Assembly: GCA_949878485.1 (NCBI GenBank)
Contig: CATLAM010000001.1
Coordinates: forward strand, 82,363 to 146,362
Source of the DNA: an uncultured Eubacteriales bacterium
GTDB taxonomy: Bacteria > Bacillota > Clostridia > Christensenellales > UBA1242
Reading direction: 5' to 3'
DNA length: 64,000 nucleotides
The translations under genes were made by a program, and so were the position numbers. The notes under the pieces are model-generated. The model ran no database searches. It saw only the letters and a program-made list of their open reading frames with translations, and was not told where the DNA came from. Of the stretch, positions 46,849 through 55,860 are shown one piece after another; the stretch's first letter is position 1; each line of letters opens with the position of its first letter.

Positions 46849-49731
46849 ATGAAAAAATACAAAGTTAAGAAAAAGAAAAAACAATCTGTGCAAGAAGTGC
46901 CAATTGTTCGTTATCAAACAGATAAGGAACATGGTCTTTCTGAGGAACAAGTTTTCGAACGCAAAGAACACAAACTTTCCAACGAAACTAAAATAAGAAC
47001 TTCAAATTCTTATCTTCAAATTTTTGCCAAAAACATATTTACAGTTTTCAACTTAATTTGGTTTGTAATCGCCGTCGCCCTTATGTGTGTTGGTGCTTGG
47101 GGAGATATGCTTTTCTTGTTTGTCGTAATTGCCAACACTGCAATTTCCATTTTTCAAGAAATCAAAGCCAAAAACACAGTTGAAAAACTTTCTATGGTCA
47201 CCGTTCCAAAAATAAAAGTTGTCAGAACAGGAATTACAATGGAAGTCAAAGGCGATGATTTGCTTCTTGACGACATCGTCATCTTAGAGAACGGAAATCA
47301 AATCCCTGCTGACTGCATAATCGTTGATGGAATGGTAGAAGCCAATGAAAGTTTGCTTACTGGAGAATCCAACCTTATTAAGAAAAAAGTTGGCGACACT
47401 CTTCTTGCTGGAAGTTTCTTGGTTTCTGGATTGTGTTATGCCCGTGTGGATAAAGTTGGCAAAAACAACTATATTCAAACTATTGCAGAACGCACAAAAG
47501 ACTTTAAACCTCAAACTTCCAACTTGTTTAAAGACTTAAACAGTCTTATTAAAATCATCGTAATCATTCTTATTCCACTTGGTGCACTCACTTGTTTTAA
47601 AGAAATCATAATCAACAATGCCGAAATCACTAAAGCAATTACAAGCACAAGCGGAGCGCTTACTGGAATGATTCCTGCGGGAATGTATTTGTTGATTACA
47701 GTTGGGCTTTCAGTTGGTGTAATTAAACTTTCAAAAAGAAAAACACTTGTTAAAAATCTTTATTCAATTGAAATGTTGGCAAGAGCAAATGTGCTTTGTC
47801 TTGACAAAACAGGAACAATCACAGATGGAACAATGAAAGTTGTTGATGTTGTGCCTTTAAACGACACCAACATGAATTCAATAAGCAAGACAATGAAAAT
47901 AATTTTGTCAAATCAAAAAACTTCCAATGCCACAAGTGTTGCTCTTATCGACCATTTTGGCAAAGAGTTGAACACTGCTGTTAAACAAGTAATTGAATTT
48001 TCATCACAACGAAAATACAGTGCCACAACCTTGACAAACGGAAAGACATATTATATTGGTGCGGTTGGTTTCATTGGATGCTCAATCACAACTCAACAAA
48101 AAAACATCATCAATTCTTATATGGAAAAAGGTTATCGAGTAATTTCTTTGGTGGAAGACTCCAATCCATACACAGAAAAAACCGCAGGAAAAAAAGGTAA
48201 ACTTATCGCCTTCTTCATTCTGGAAGACCACATCAGAAAAGATGCTGTTGAAACCATTAAATGGTTTAAAAACAATGATGTAGAAATAAAAATCATCTCT
48301 GGAGATGACGCACTTACAGTTTCTAAAATTGCCATGCGAGTGGGCGTAAAAGATTTTGACAAATACATCTCACTTGAAAACATGAGCATAAACGAAGTGA
48401 CCCAAATTGCAGACAAGTTTACAGTTTTTGGCAGAGTTACGCCAGAACAAAAGCACGCCATTATTAAAACTTTGAAAAACCAAGGTAAAGTGGTTGCCAT
48501 GACTGGCGATGGTGTAAATGACACACTTGCTTTGAAAGAAGCAAACTGCTCAATCGCCATGGCTGACGGAAGTGAAGTCGCACGTAACGTTTCGCATCTT
48601 GTGCTTATGAACAGCAATTTCTCCGCCCTTCCAGCAGTTGTTAAGGAAGGCAGACAAATTGTCAACAATGTTCAACACTCTTCTGTTTTATATCTTATGA
48701 AAACTTTGTTTACAATCATGTTGTGTGTAACAACTTTGGTGTTCAGAATTTCCTATCCTTTCACACCAAAACAACTACTTTTAGTTGAAATGTTTATAAT
48801 AGGCATACCTTCATTCATTCTGACTTTCCAGCCAAACAGCAGTTTAATTAAAGGTGATTTCATTCCACAGGTTTTAAAAAGGTCAATACCTTGCGCTTTG
48901 ATTCTTTTTGTAAACATGCTTATCATCATTGCTTTAAATCAAACCACAACGACACTTTCTGAATCAGAATTTACTTCCCTTTCTACTTTGCTTTTAACTT
49001 TCACATCTTTTATAAATTTGTTCTGGATTTGTTTCCCATTAAACTTATTACGAAAAATCTGCTTAATTATCTCTGCATTCTTAATCGTTTGCGCAATAAG
49101 CGGATTTGGAGTTTTCTTTGCAATAACCGATTGCACAATGCCTGTAATCATAACTTTAATTACACTTATGCTTTGCACAATCTTGCTTATTGTTGGGGCT
49201 TATTATTTAAAAGAATGGTTTAACTATCGTGTGGAAATTGCAAATGGCGGAACTGTTCCAAAAAACATTACTCTTTGGAAAAAACTTAAAACTGCATTAA
49301 AATTTAATGGTTTTAAATTTAAGTTTAAAAAAGAAGATGAAATTGAAAAAGAGTTGAAAGAACTTGCCAACGAAAATGTTGATGAAATTGACACCATGAA
49401 CACAATAAAAGCAATGGAAGAAATTGTCACTAAAGAAAAATCTAATGGCAAAAAGAAAACAGTTACTAAAAAGAAAAATGAAGAAGATAAAAACGCTAAA
49501 CAAACAGAAAAAACAACTGTGACAAACAAAAAAGAAAAAACTTTAACACAGAAAAATCAGTTAAATGTCAAAACAAATGTTAAGCCGACTGAAAAATCTA
49601 TAAACAAAACAAAAGTTGAAAAATTGCCTGAAAAAAAGTCTCAGATAAAAACAACATCAACTGCAAAGCCAGCAACCAAATCTGTTTCAAAAGCAACCAA
49701 TAAAACTTCAACAAAAAAGACCGTTAAATAA
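46849..49731 (+). CDS. Cation-transporting P-type ATPase with a long K/T-rich C-terminal tail
   Basis: TGES, phosphorylation site DKTGTIT and MTGDGVNDTLALKEAN motifs with ~10 TM helices. An extra ~170-aa low-complexity tail follows the last TM helix. Confidence 0.9.
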   Translation: MKKYKVKKKKKQSVQEVPIVRYQTDKEHGLSEEQVFERKEHKLSNETKIRTSNSYLQIFAKNIFTVFNLIWFVIAVALMCVGAWGDMLFLFVVIANTAISIFQEIKAKNTVEKLSMVTVPKIKVVRTGITMEVKGDDLLLDDIVILENGNQIPADCIIVDGMVEANESLLTGESNLIKKKVGDTLLAGSFLVSGLCYARVDKVGKNNYIQTIAERTKDFKPQTSNLFKDLNSLIKIIVIILIPLGALTCFKEIIINNAEITKAITSTSGALTGMIPAGMYLLITVGLSVGVIKLSKRKTLVKNLYSIEMLARANVLCLDKTGTITDGTMKVVDVVPLNDTNMNSISKTMKIILSNQKTSNATSVALIDHFGKELNTAVKQVIEFSSQRKYSATTLTNGKTYYIGAVGFIGCSITTQQKNIINSYMEKGYRVISLVEDSNPYTEKTAGKKGKLIAFFILEDHIRKDAVETIKWFKNNDVEIKIISGDDALTVSKIAMRVGVKDFDKYISLENMSINEVTQIADKFTVFGRVTPEQKHAIIKTLKNQGKVVAMTGDGVNDTLALKEANCSIAMADGSEVARNVSHLVLMNSNFSALPAVVKEGRQIVNNVQHSSVLYLMKTLFTIMLCVTTLVFRISYPFTPKQLLLVEMFIIGIPSFILTFQPNSSLIKGDFIPQVLKRSIPCALILFVNMLIIIALNQTTTTLSESEFTSLSTLLLTFTSFINLFWICFPLNLLRKICLIISAFLIVCAISGFGVFFAITDCTMPVIITLITLMLCTILLIVGAYYLKEWFNYRVEIANGGTVPKNITLWKKLKTALKFNGFKFKFKKEDEIEKELKELANENVDEIDTMNTIKAMEEIVTKEKSNGKKKTVTKKKNEEDKNAKQTEKTTVTNKKEKTLTQKNQLNVKTNVKPTEKSINKTKVEKLPEKKSQIKTTSTAKPATKSVSKATNKTSTKKTVK

Positions 49732-49812
49732 TGGTCTTTTCTTTATAATTCAATTTTTCTTTCTTTTGGTTTCAAAATAAAATAAAGTGTTACAAAATCA
49801 ATACTTTAAATA

Positions 49813-49842
49813 AAAAACATCTCATAAATTAGAGATGTTTTT
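49813..49842. terminator. Bidirectional terminator between the ATPase gene and ppdK
   Basis: AAAAACATCTC-ATAAATTA-GAGATGTTTTT hairpin with flanking A- and T-runs. Confidence 0.75.
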
Positions 49843-49854
49843 ATTTAAAAATTA

Positions 49855-52503
49855 TTATTTGCTGAACAAACCTTTTTTCTTTTTAGGAAATCTAATTGCA
49901 GCCTGAGCAGCAGCGAGTCTTGCAATAGGAACTCTGTATGGAGAGCAAGAAACATAGTTAAGTCCAACTCTGTGGCAGAATTCAATTGAAGATGGGTCAC
50001 CACCGTGTTCGCCACAGATTCCAAGTTTGATGTCTGGGCGTGTGCTTCTTCCAAGTTCAGCAGCAATTCTTACAAGTTTACCAACACCATTTTGGTCAAG
50101 TCTTGCAAATGGATCGCTTTCGAAAATTTTGTTTGTGTAATATACATCCAAGAATTTACCAGAGTCGTCACGAGAGAATCCGTATGTCATTTGAGTCAAG
50201 TCGTTTGTTCCAAATGAGAAGAATTCTGCATACTTAGCAACTTGGTCAGCAGTGATTGCTGCTCTTGGGATTTCAATCATTGTTCCAACTTTATATTTCA
50301 TTTCAACGCCAGCAGCCTGTAAAACTTTGTCAGCAGTTGATGTAACAACATCTTTAACATATTTATATTCAACGCTGTCACAAGTAAGAGGAATCATGAT
50401 TTCAGGAATAACATCAATGTTGTCTTCTTTCTGAACTTCAATTGCAGCCTTGATAACTGCTTCTGTTTGCATTTCAGCAATTTCAGGGTAAGTTACAGCA
50501 AGTCTAAGACCGCGGTGACCCATCATTGGGTTAAATTCATGCAAACTTTCAACAGTTGCTTTCAAAGATTCAAATGTCAAGCCCATTTCTTTTGCAAGTG
50601 CTTTAATTTCAGTGTCTTCATGTGGCAAGAATTCATGAAGTGGTGGATCCAAGAAACGAATTGTAACTGGACGACCTTTCATAGCCTTGAAGATGCCCTT
50701 AAAGTCTTTTTGTTGCATAGGCAAAAGTTTTTTAAGTGCTTTCTTTCTTTCTTCTGTTGTTGAAGAAACAATCATTTGTCTAACTGCAGGAATTCTTGCA
50801 GCATCAAAGAACATATGTTCTGTTCTGCAAAGACCAACACCTTCTGCACCAAAAGAGAAAGCAACAGAGGTGTCTTTAGGGTTATCAGCGTTTGTTCTGA
50901 TTTGAAGTGTGCGATATTTATCAGCCCATTCCATAATAGTAGAGAATTCACCAGAAATTTTTGCTTCTTGAGTGGCAATTTCGCCATCATAGATTTTTCC
51001 TGTTGAACCGTCGAAGGAAATTACATCACCTTCTTTATATTTCTTTCCACCAAGAGTGAAAGATTTTCCGTCATCAGCAAATTTGATTTCAGAACATCCA
51101 GCAACACAGCATGTTCCCATTCCACGAGCAACAACGGCAGCGTGAGAAGTCATTCCCCCACGAGCAGTCAAGATACCTTGAGATGCAGCCATACCTTCGA
51201 TGTCTTCTGGAGATGTTTCAAGACGAACAAGAACGACTTTACCATTCTTTCCACCTTGTTCTTTTGCTTTTTCTGCTGTAAAGCAAATCTTACCGCAAGC
51301 AGCCCCAGGAGATGCAGGGAGTGCTTCGCCAATACATTTTGCTTTTTTAACAGCGTCTTCGTCAAATGTTGGGTGCAACAAAGCATCAAGTTGTTTAGGG
51401 TCAAGCATCAAAAGTGCTTGTTTTTCATCAATTAAACCTTCACTAACAAGGTCAACGGCAATTTTAAGAGCAGCCTTAGCAGTTCTCTTACCATTTCTTG
51501 TTTGAAGCATATAAAGTTTACCTTTTTCGATGGTAAATTCCATGTCTTGCATATCTTTATAGTGTTTTTCAAGTTTCTTTGCAGTTGAAGCAAATTGAGC
51601 ATAAACTTCTGGATTTTGCTTTTCAAGTTCTGCAATCTTTTGAGGTGTGCGAATTCCAGCAACAACGTCTTCACCTTGTGCGTTCATCAAATATTCTCCA
51701 TAAAGAACATTTTCACCTGTTGCAGGGTTACGAGAGAAAGCAACACCTGTTCCACTGTCTTCACCCATGTTTCCGAAAACCATAGATTGAACGTTTACAG
51801 CAGTTCCCCAGTTGTAAGGAATGTCGTGCATTCTTCTGTAAACATTTGCTCTTTCATTGTCCCAAGAACGGAAAACAGCCTTAACTGCTTCGATAAGTTG
51901 AGTTTTAGGTTCTTGTGGGAATTCTGTTTTTTGAGATTCTTTATAAAGTTTCTTAAAGAGTTTAACGATTTCTTTCAAATCTTCAGCAGTAAGGTCTTTA
52001 TCAAGTTTAACACCTTTCTTTTCTTTAATTTGGTCTAAAATTCTTTCATATTTAGACTTGTCTTGTTGCATAACAACATCACTGAACATTTGAATGAAAC
52101 GACGATAAGAGTCATAAGCAAATCTTTCGTTGTTTGTAAGTTTAGCCAAACCTTCAACAACAGTGTCGTTAAGTCCAAGGTTAAGAATTGTGTCCATCAT
52201 TCCTGGCATAGAAACTCTGGCACCAGAACGAACTGAAACCAAAAGTGGATTGTTTACATCACCAAAAGTTTTTCCTGTGATTTTTTCAAGTTGAGCCATT
52301 TTTTGCTCGATTTGTGCAATGATGTCATCATTGATTTTTTTGCCGTCTTCATAATACTTTGTGCAGGCTTCAGTAGTGATTGAAAAACCTTGTGGAACTG
52401 GAAGACCAATTTTTGTCATTTCAGCAAGGTTTGCACCTTTACTACCAAAGAGTGCTTTGTTTTTTCCGTCGGCTTCTTTAAATAAGTAAACATATTTTTT
52501 CAT
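49855..52503 (-). CDS. ppdK: Pyruvate, phosphate dikinase
   Basis: 882 aa. N-terminus FGSKGANLAEM, phosphohistidine region GGMTSHAAVVARG and PEP-utilising C-terminus (GICGEHGGDP). AAGGAGA SD. Confidence 0.95.
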   Translation of the reverse strand: MKKYVYLFKEADGKNKALFGSKGANLAEMTKIGLPVPQGFSITTEACTKYYEDGKKINDDIIAQIEQKMAQLEKITGKTFGDVNNPLLVSVRSGARVSMPGMMDTILNLGLNDTVVEGLAKLTNNERFAYDSYRRFIQMFSDVVMQQDKSKYERILDQIKEKKGVKLDKDLTAEDLKEIVKLFKKLYKESQKTEFPQEPKTQLIEAVKAVFRSWDNERANVYRRMHDIPYNWGTAVNVQSMVFGNMGEDSGTGVAFSRNPATGENVLYGEYLMNAQGEDVVAGIRTPQKIAELEKQNPEVYAQFASTAKKLEKHYKDMQDMEFTIEKGKLYMLQTRNGKRTAKAALKIAVDLVSEGLIDEKQALLMLDPKQLDALLHPTFDEDAVKKAKCIGEALPASPGAACGKICFTAEKAKEQGGKNGKVVLVRLETSPEDIEGMAASQGILTARGGMTSHAAVVARGMGTCCVAGCSEIKFADDGKSFTLGGKKYKEGDVISFDGSTGKIYDGEIATQEAKISGEFSTIMEWADKYRTLQIRTNADNPKDTSVAFSFGAEGVGLCRTEHMFFDAARIPAVRQMIVSSTTEERKKALKKLLPMQQKDFKGIFKAMKGRPVTIRFLDPPLHEFLPHEDTEIKALAKEMGLTFESLKATVESLHEFNPMMGHRGLRLAVTYPEIAEMQTEAVIKAAIEVQKEDNIDVIPEIMIPLTCDSVEYKYVKDVVTSTADKVLQAAGVEMKYKVGTMIEIPRAAITADQVAKYAEFFSFGTNDLTQMTYGFSRDDSGKFLDVYYTNKIFESDPFARLDQNGVGKLVRIAAELGRSTRPDIKLGICGEHGGDPSSIEFCHRVGLNYVSCSPYRVPIARLAAAQAAIRFPKKKKGLFSK

Positions 52504-52613
52504 TTTACATCTCCTTTTTGTAACATTTATATTCTAACAAATTTCGCCCATAAAAGGCAAACGATTTAAGCAGGAAAATTAAAAATTTTAAAATAAACAA
52601 TTAAATATTACTA

Positions 52614-52642
52614 TTGACATAAAACATGATCTATGTTAAATT
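52614..52642 (+). promoter_or_regulatory. Promoter of DUF3419 paralog 1 (TTGACA-17-TGtTAAATT)
   Basis: TTGACA at 52614-52619, a 17-nt spacer and TAAATT at 52637-52642 with TG at 52634-52635. Confidence 0.5.
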
Positions 52643-52659
52643 AAAAGCAGGAGAAAATT

Positions 52660-53640
52660 ATGCAATTTGAAGAACTGACACTGGAAGATAAAGTTAAAGT
52701 AGTAAAAGGTATTTTTAAATCCTATTATGATGGCAACATATTTTTAAAACCAATAAGTTACACCAATTTTTATAACAATCCTGATGCAAACAAATTAGTT
52801 TACAGATTCTATGCAACTACAAATGAAAACCTTAACTATTATCTTAAATTGGCCTCTTTTAATAACAAAGATGTTCTCGTTCCTACTGCAAGCGGAGATC
52901 ATGCACTTAATGCAATTTATCTTGGTGCAAAGTCCGTTGAAACTTTTGATATAAATTCAATTGCAAAATATCATTCCAATTTAAAGGCTTGTGCCATTCA
53001 ACACCTAACAAGAGAAGAATTTTTAAAATTTTACAGTTATTACAATTTGCTTGACGAAAACATTTACAACAAATTTAAAAACCATCTTCCAGATGAAACA
53101 AAATATTTCTTTGATGAAATTTTTAAGTTTATTAATGTTTATGGCAATAAAAATATAAGATCAATGACGCCATTAATTGAAGAAATTGATTTAGACATGT
53201 CTGACGATATGATTTTTAATAATCCCTACGTTAAAGATGAAGAATCTTATCAAAAAATGCAAACCCAACTTAAAAACATAAAAACACCAATTAAACATAA
53301 AGTTTGTCCTGCGGATGAATTATTGGAAAACTTTGACAAAAAAGATATAATTATAATGTCAAATATTTATTCCACCTATATACATTTTGCAGAATCAAAA
53401 AATCAAGAAATAAAACCATATATAAAAGAAATTCCAAACCTTTTGAAGAAAAATGGCACAGCAAGTTTAAATTACTTTTATGCAGGAACACCATCTGAAT
53501 ATCGTGAAAAATATATGATTAAAATGGATATGTTGCCTATTAATTATAAATTAATAGAAATTCAACCTAAGCATTGTAAATTCCATCGTAACGACATAAT
53601 CTATGCTGTTGATAAAAAAGATTTTGACAGACAAAAATAA
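52660..53640 (+). CDS. DUF3419 (BtaA-like, SAM-dependent-fold) protein, paralog 1
   Basis: VLVPTASGDHALNAIYLGAKSVETFDINSIAKYHSNLKACAIQHLTREEFLKFY fits the DUF3419 pattern (vLsI.SaGdNaL..l......v.avDlNp.Q..LleLK.aai..L...eFl.f.g). AGGAGA SD. Confidence 0.6.
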   Translation: MQFEELTLEDKVKVVKGIFKSYYDGNIFLKPISYTNFYNNPDANKLVYRFYATTNENLNYYLKLASFNNKDVLVPTASGDHALNAIYLGAKSVETFDINSIAKYHSNLKACAIQHLTREEFLKFYSYYNLLDENIYNKFKNHLPDETKYFFDEIFKFINVYGNKNIRSMTPLIEEIDLDMSDDMIFNNPYVKDEESYQKMQTQLKNIKTPIKHKVCPADELLENFDKKDIIIMSNIYSTYIHFAESKNQEIKPYIKEIPNLLKKNGTASLNYFYAGTPSEYREKYMIKMDMLPINYKLIEIQPKHCKFHRNDIIYAVDKKDFDRQK

Positions 53641-53648
53641 AAACTTTT

Positions 53649-53674
53649 AACTCACTTAAAAAAGTGAGTTTTTA
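53649..53674 (+). terminator. Terminator after paralog 1
   Basis: AACTCACT-TAAAAA-AGTGAGTT hairpin followed by TTT. Confidence 0.55.
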
Positions 53675-53698
53675 AAAGAAAAAAGACATTTTTCTCTA

Positions 53699-53727
53699 TT
53701 GACAAAACCATGTCTTTATGTTAAACT
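53699..53727 (+). promoter_or_regulatory. Promoter of DUF3419 paralog 2 (TTGACA-17-TGtTAAACT)
   Basis: TTGACA at 53699-53704, a 17-nt spacer and TAAACT at 53722-53727. The spacer resembles that of paralog 1 (CATG..CT..TATGT). Confidence 0.5.
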
Positions 53728-53743
53728 TGGCAAAGGAGTTTAA

Positions 53744-54700
53744 ATGAGATTTACAGAACCAACACTTGAAGAAAAAATTTTAAAAACCGAAATAATTTTA
53801 AAGAATGGCTATGCCAATCTCTTTTCTTTTTCTTACACCACTTTTTATAAAGCACATGACGCAAACAACCTTATCTATAAGCCTTATATTTTTACAAATG
53901 AAAATTTAAACTATTTCAAAAATTTGACAGATTTTTCAGGAAAGAAAGTCTTAGTCCCTACAGCAAGTGGAGATCACGCTTTTAACGCATTATTTTTAGG
54001 TGCAGAATCAGTAGAAACTTTTGACATCAATTCTATTGCGAAATATTTTTTTAATTTAAAAGAAACTGCAATTAGATATCTTTCAAGAACTGAGTTTTTA
54101 GAATTTTATTCAGATGACAATTTATTAAATGAAACATTATACAACAAAATTAAAATAAAATTAAAGACAGAAACTCGTTCTTTCTTTAATGCCCTTTTCA
54201 AAATTGTTAAAGAAAACAATTGTTTGATTAATACTTTTTTTGAAGAAACCTATATGGACGAAGAAAAGATAATAAAATCTAACCCTTATTTAGAAAATGA
54301 AAAATCTTATTTAAAATTAAAAAACATTTTATTACAACATAAAAAAGCAATTAATCACAAAGTTTGTCCAGCGGAAAATATTGTTGAAAATTTTGATAAA
54401 AAAGATGTTATCATTCTGTCAAACATCTATGGCGCATATCTTCTTATGCATAAAAATGAAATGAATTTCAACAGATATTTGAAAAACATTCCTCAACTTT
54501 TAACAGACGATGGAACAGTAAGTTTAAATTATATTTTTGGTTGCACATCAAATGAAAATAAAAAATATTTAATGAAAGAAATCAGAAAAGAAGTTCCAAC
54601 AAATAATAAAATTGAAATTAATGCTCAAAGGTTTACACATTATGACAAAACAAAAGACACCGTTCTTTGTGCCAACAAAGAAGACATAATTACCCGATAA
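53744..54700 (+). CDS. DUF3419 (BtaA-like) protein, paralog 2
   Basis: Roughly half of its residues are identical to paralog 1 by eye, including VLVPTASGDHAFNALFLGAESVETFDINSIAKY and HKVCPAE..VENFDKKD. AAGGAG SD. Confidence 0.6.
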   Translation: MRFTEPTLEEKILKTEIILKNGYANLFSFSYTTFYKAHDANNLIYKPYIFTNENLNYFKNLTDFSGKKVLVPTASGDHAFNALFLGAESVETFDINSIAKYFFNLKETAIRYLSRTEFLEFYSDDNLLNETLYNKIKIKLKTETRSFFNALFKIVKENNCLINTFFEETYMDEEKIIKSNPYLENEKSYLKLKNILLQHKKAINHKVCPAENIVENFDKKDVIILSNIYGAYLLMHKNEMNFNRYLKNIPQLLTDDGTVSLNYIFGCTSNENKKYLMKEIRKEVPTNNKIEINAQRFTHYDKTKDTVLCANKEDIITR

Positions 54701-55271
54701 GGCTTTCAATATAATTTAATAAATTTTCTTTTCCAATGCCGTTTTCAGATGAGAACGGCATTATTATTTCTTTTCTAACTCCAAGTTCTTTGGCAATTTG
54801 ATTGCATGCTTGTGGAAGTTTGCTTTTGGCAATTTTGTCAACTTTCGTTGCAATCAGCATAAAAGGAATTTGATAAGTCTGCAAAAATTCCAACATCATC
54901 TTGTCAAGTTCGTTTGGTTTATGTCGACAATCCAAAAGCACAAAAACTGTTTTCAAGTTTGGCGACATAGTCAAATATTTTTCCATAAGCCCAGCCCAAT
55001 TTGCAATATGTTTTTGACCTGTTTTGGCGTAACCATACCCCGGCAAATCGACAATACGAAATTGCTCATTAACAACAAAATAATTAATCATTTTTGTCAG
55101 CCCCGGCGTGGAAGAAGTTTTTGCCAAACTTTTTTGCCCAACCAAAGCATTAATAAGAGAAGATTTGCCGACATTACTTCTGCCAACAAATGCAAACTCC
55201 ACCGCTTCATCTTTTAAAATCTGTTCTTCTTTAACCGCACTGGTCAAATATCTTGCGTTTTTAATATTCAT
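54690..55271 (-). CDS. engB: Ribosome biogenesis GTPase EngB/YsxC
   Basis: G1 GRSNVGKSSLINAL, G3 DLPGYG and G4 TKVDK. The start is taken at the second ATG (55271); the ORF-track start is 55277. Confidence 0.9.
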   Translation of the reverse strand: MNIKNARYLTSAVKEEQILKDEAVEFAFVGRSNVGKSSLINALVGQKSLAKTSSTPGLTKMINYFVVNEQFRIVDLPGYGYAKTGQKHIANWAGLMEKYLTMSPNLKTVFVLLDCRHKPNELDKMMLEFLQTYQIPFMLIATKVDKIAKSKLPQACNQIAKELGVRKEIIMPFSSENGIGKENLLNYIESLIG

Positions 55272-55286
55272 ATTCATAGTTTAACA
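55272..55286 (-). promoter_or_regulatory. Extended -10 (TGtTAAACT) 6 nt before ATG 55271; candidate leaderless promoter
   Basis: Minus strand reads CATGTTAAACT-ATGAAT-ATG with no SD. Confidence 0.3.
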
Positions 55287-55361
55287 TGAAAACAAAAAAA
55301 AGTCTACTTAAAAATTATTAAAATTTTTTAAATATTGCTAGACTTATTATTTCAAAAATTA

Positions 55362-55373
55362 TATAATAAAGCC
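55362..55373 (+). promoter_or_regulatory. TATAAT 6 nt before ATG 55374; candidate leaderless promoter
   Basis: TAGACT (55339-55344), a 17-nt spacer, TATAAT (55362-55367), AAAGCC and the ATG. No SD. Confidence 0.35.
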
Positions 55374-55823
55374 ATGAGTAAGAAAGAATATTGGCAAGCC
55401 TTAAAATTTGTTTTGTTTTCAATTTCAGCAGGCGTGATTGAACTTGTGTCATCAGTGATTTTATATGACGCTTTACATATTGACTATTGGGTTTCTTATA
55501 TCATTGCCTTAGTGCTGTCTGTTTTGTGGAATTTCACTTTCAACAGAAAATATACTTTTAAATCAGCGAAAAACATTCCTTATGCAATGTTTCTGACATT
55601 TTGTTTCTATCTGGTATTTACTCCTGCTTCAACATTATGGGGTCATGCACTTGAAAGTATTATAGACGGCACACTTGTCACCATCATCTCTATGCTGATT
55701 AATTTTGTTACTGAATTCATCTATCAAAGATATGTTGTATTTGCCGATTCAATTGATACCGCTGTTGACCAAGAAGAAGAGAACATGAAAAAAATCCTTA
55801 AAATTTGCAAACATAATATCTAA
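55374..55823 (+). CDS. GtrA-family membrane protein
   Basis: LKFVLFSISAGVIELVSSVILY...LWNFTFNRKYTF is the GtrA-like pattern, with four TM helices. Confidence 0.7.
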   Translation: MSKKEYWQALKFVLFSISAGVIELVSSVILYDALHIDYWVSYIIALVLSVLWNFTFNRKYTFKSAKNIPYAMFLTFCFYLVFTPASTLWGHALESIIDGTLVTIISMLINFVTEFIYQRYVVFADSIDTAVDQEEENMKKILKICKHNI

Positions 55824-55834
55824 AATTTACATCA

Positions 55835-55860
55835 AAAAAGCCTAACAAGTTAGGCTTTTT
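55835..55860. terminator. Bidirectional terminator
   Basis: AAAAAGCCTAAC-AA-GTTAGGCTTTTT perfect inverted repeat between convergent gene ends. Confidence 0.8.

Noticed and set aside
48132-48668. 178-aa minus-strand ORF inside the P-type ATPase gene, and similar antisense ORFs at 49224-49529, 50467-51505 and 51595-52038 within the ATPase gene and ppdK.
   Set aside because: They are antisense to strongly supported conserved genes. They have low-complexity or hydrophobic nonsense sequence and no translation signals.
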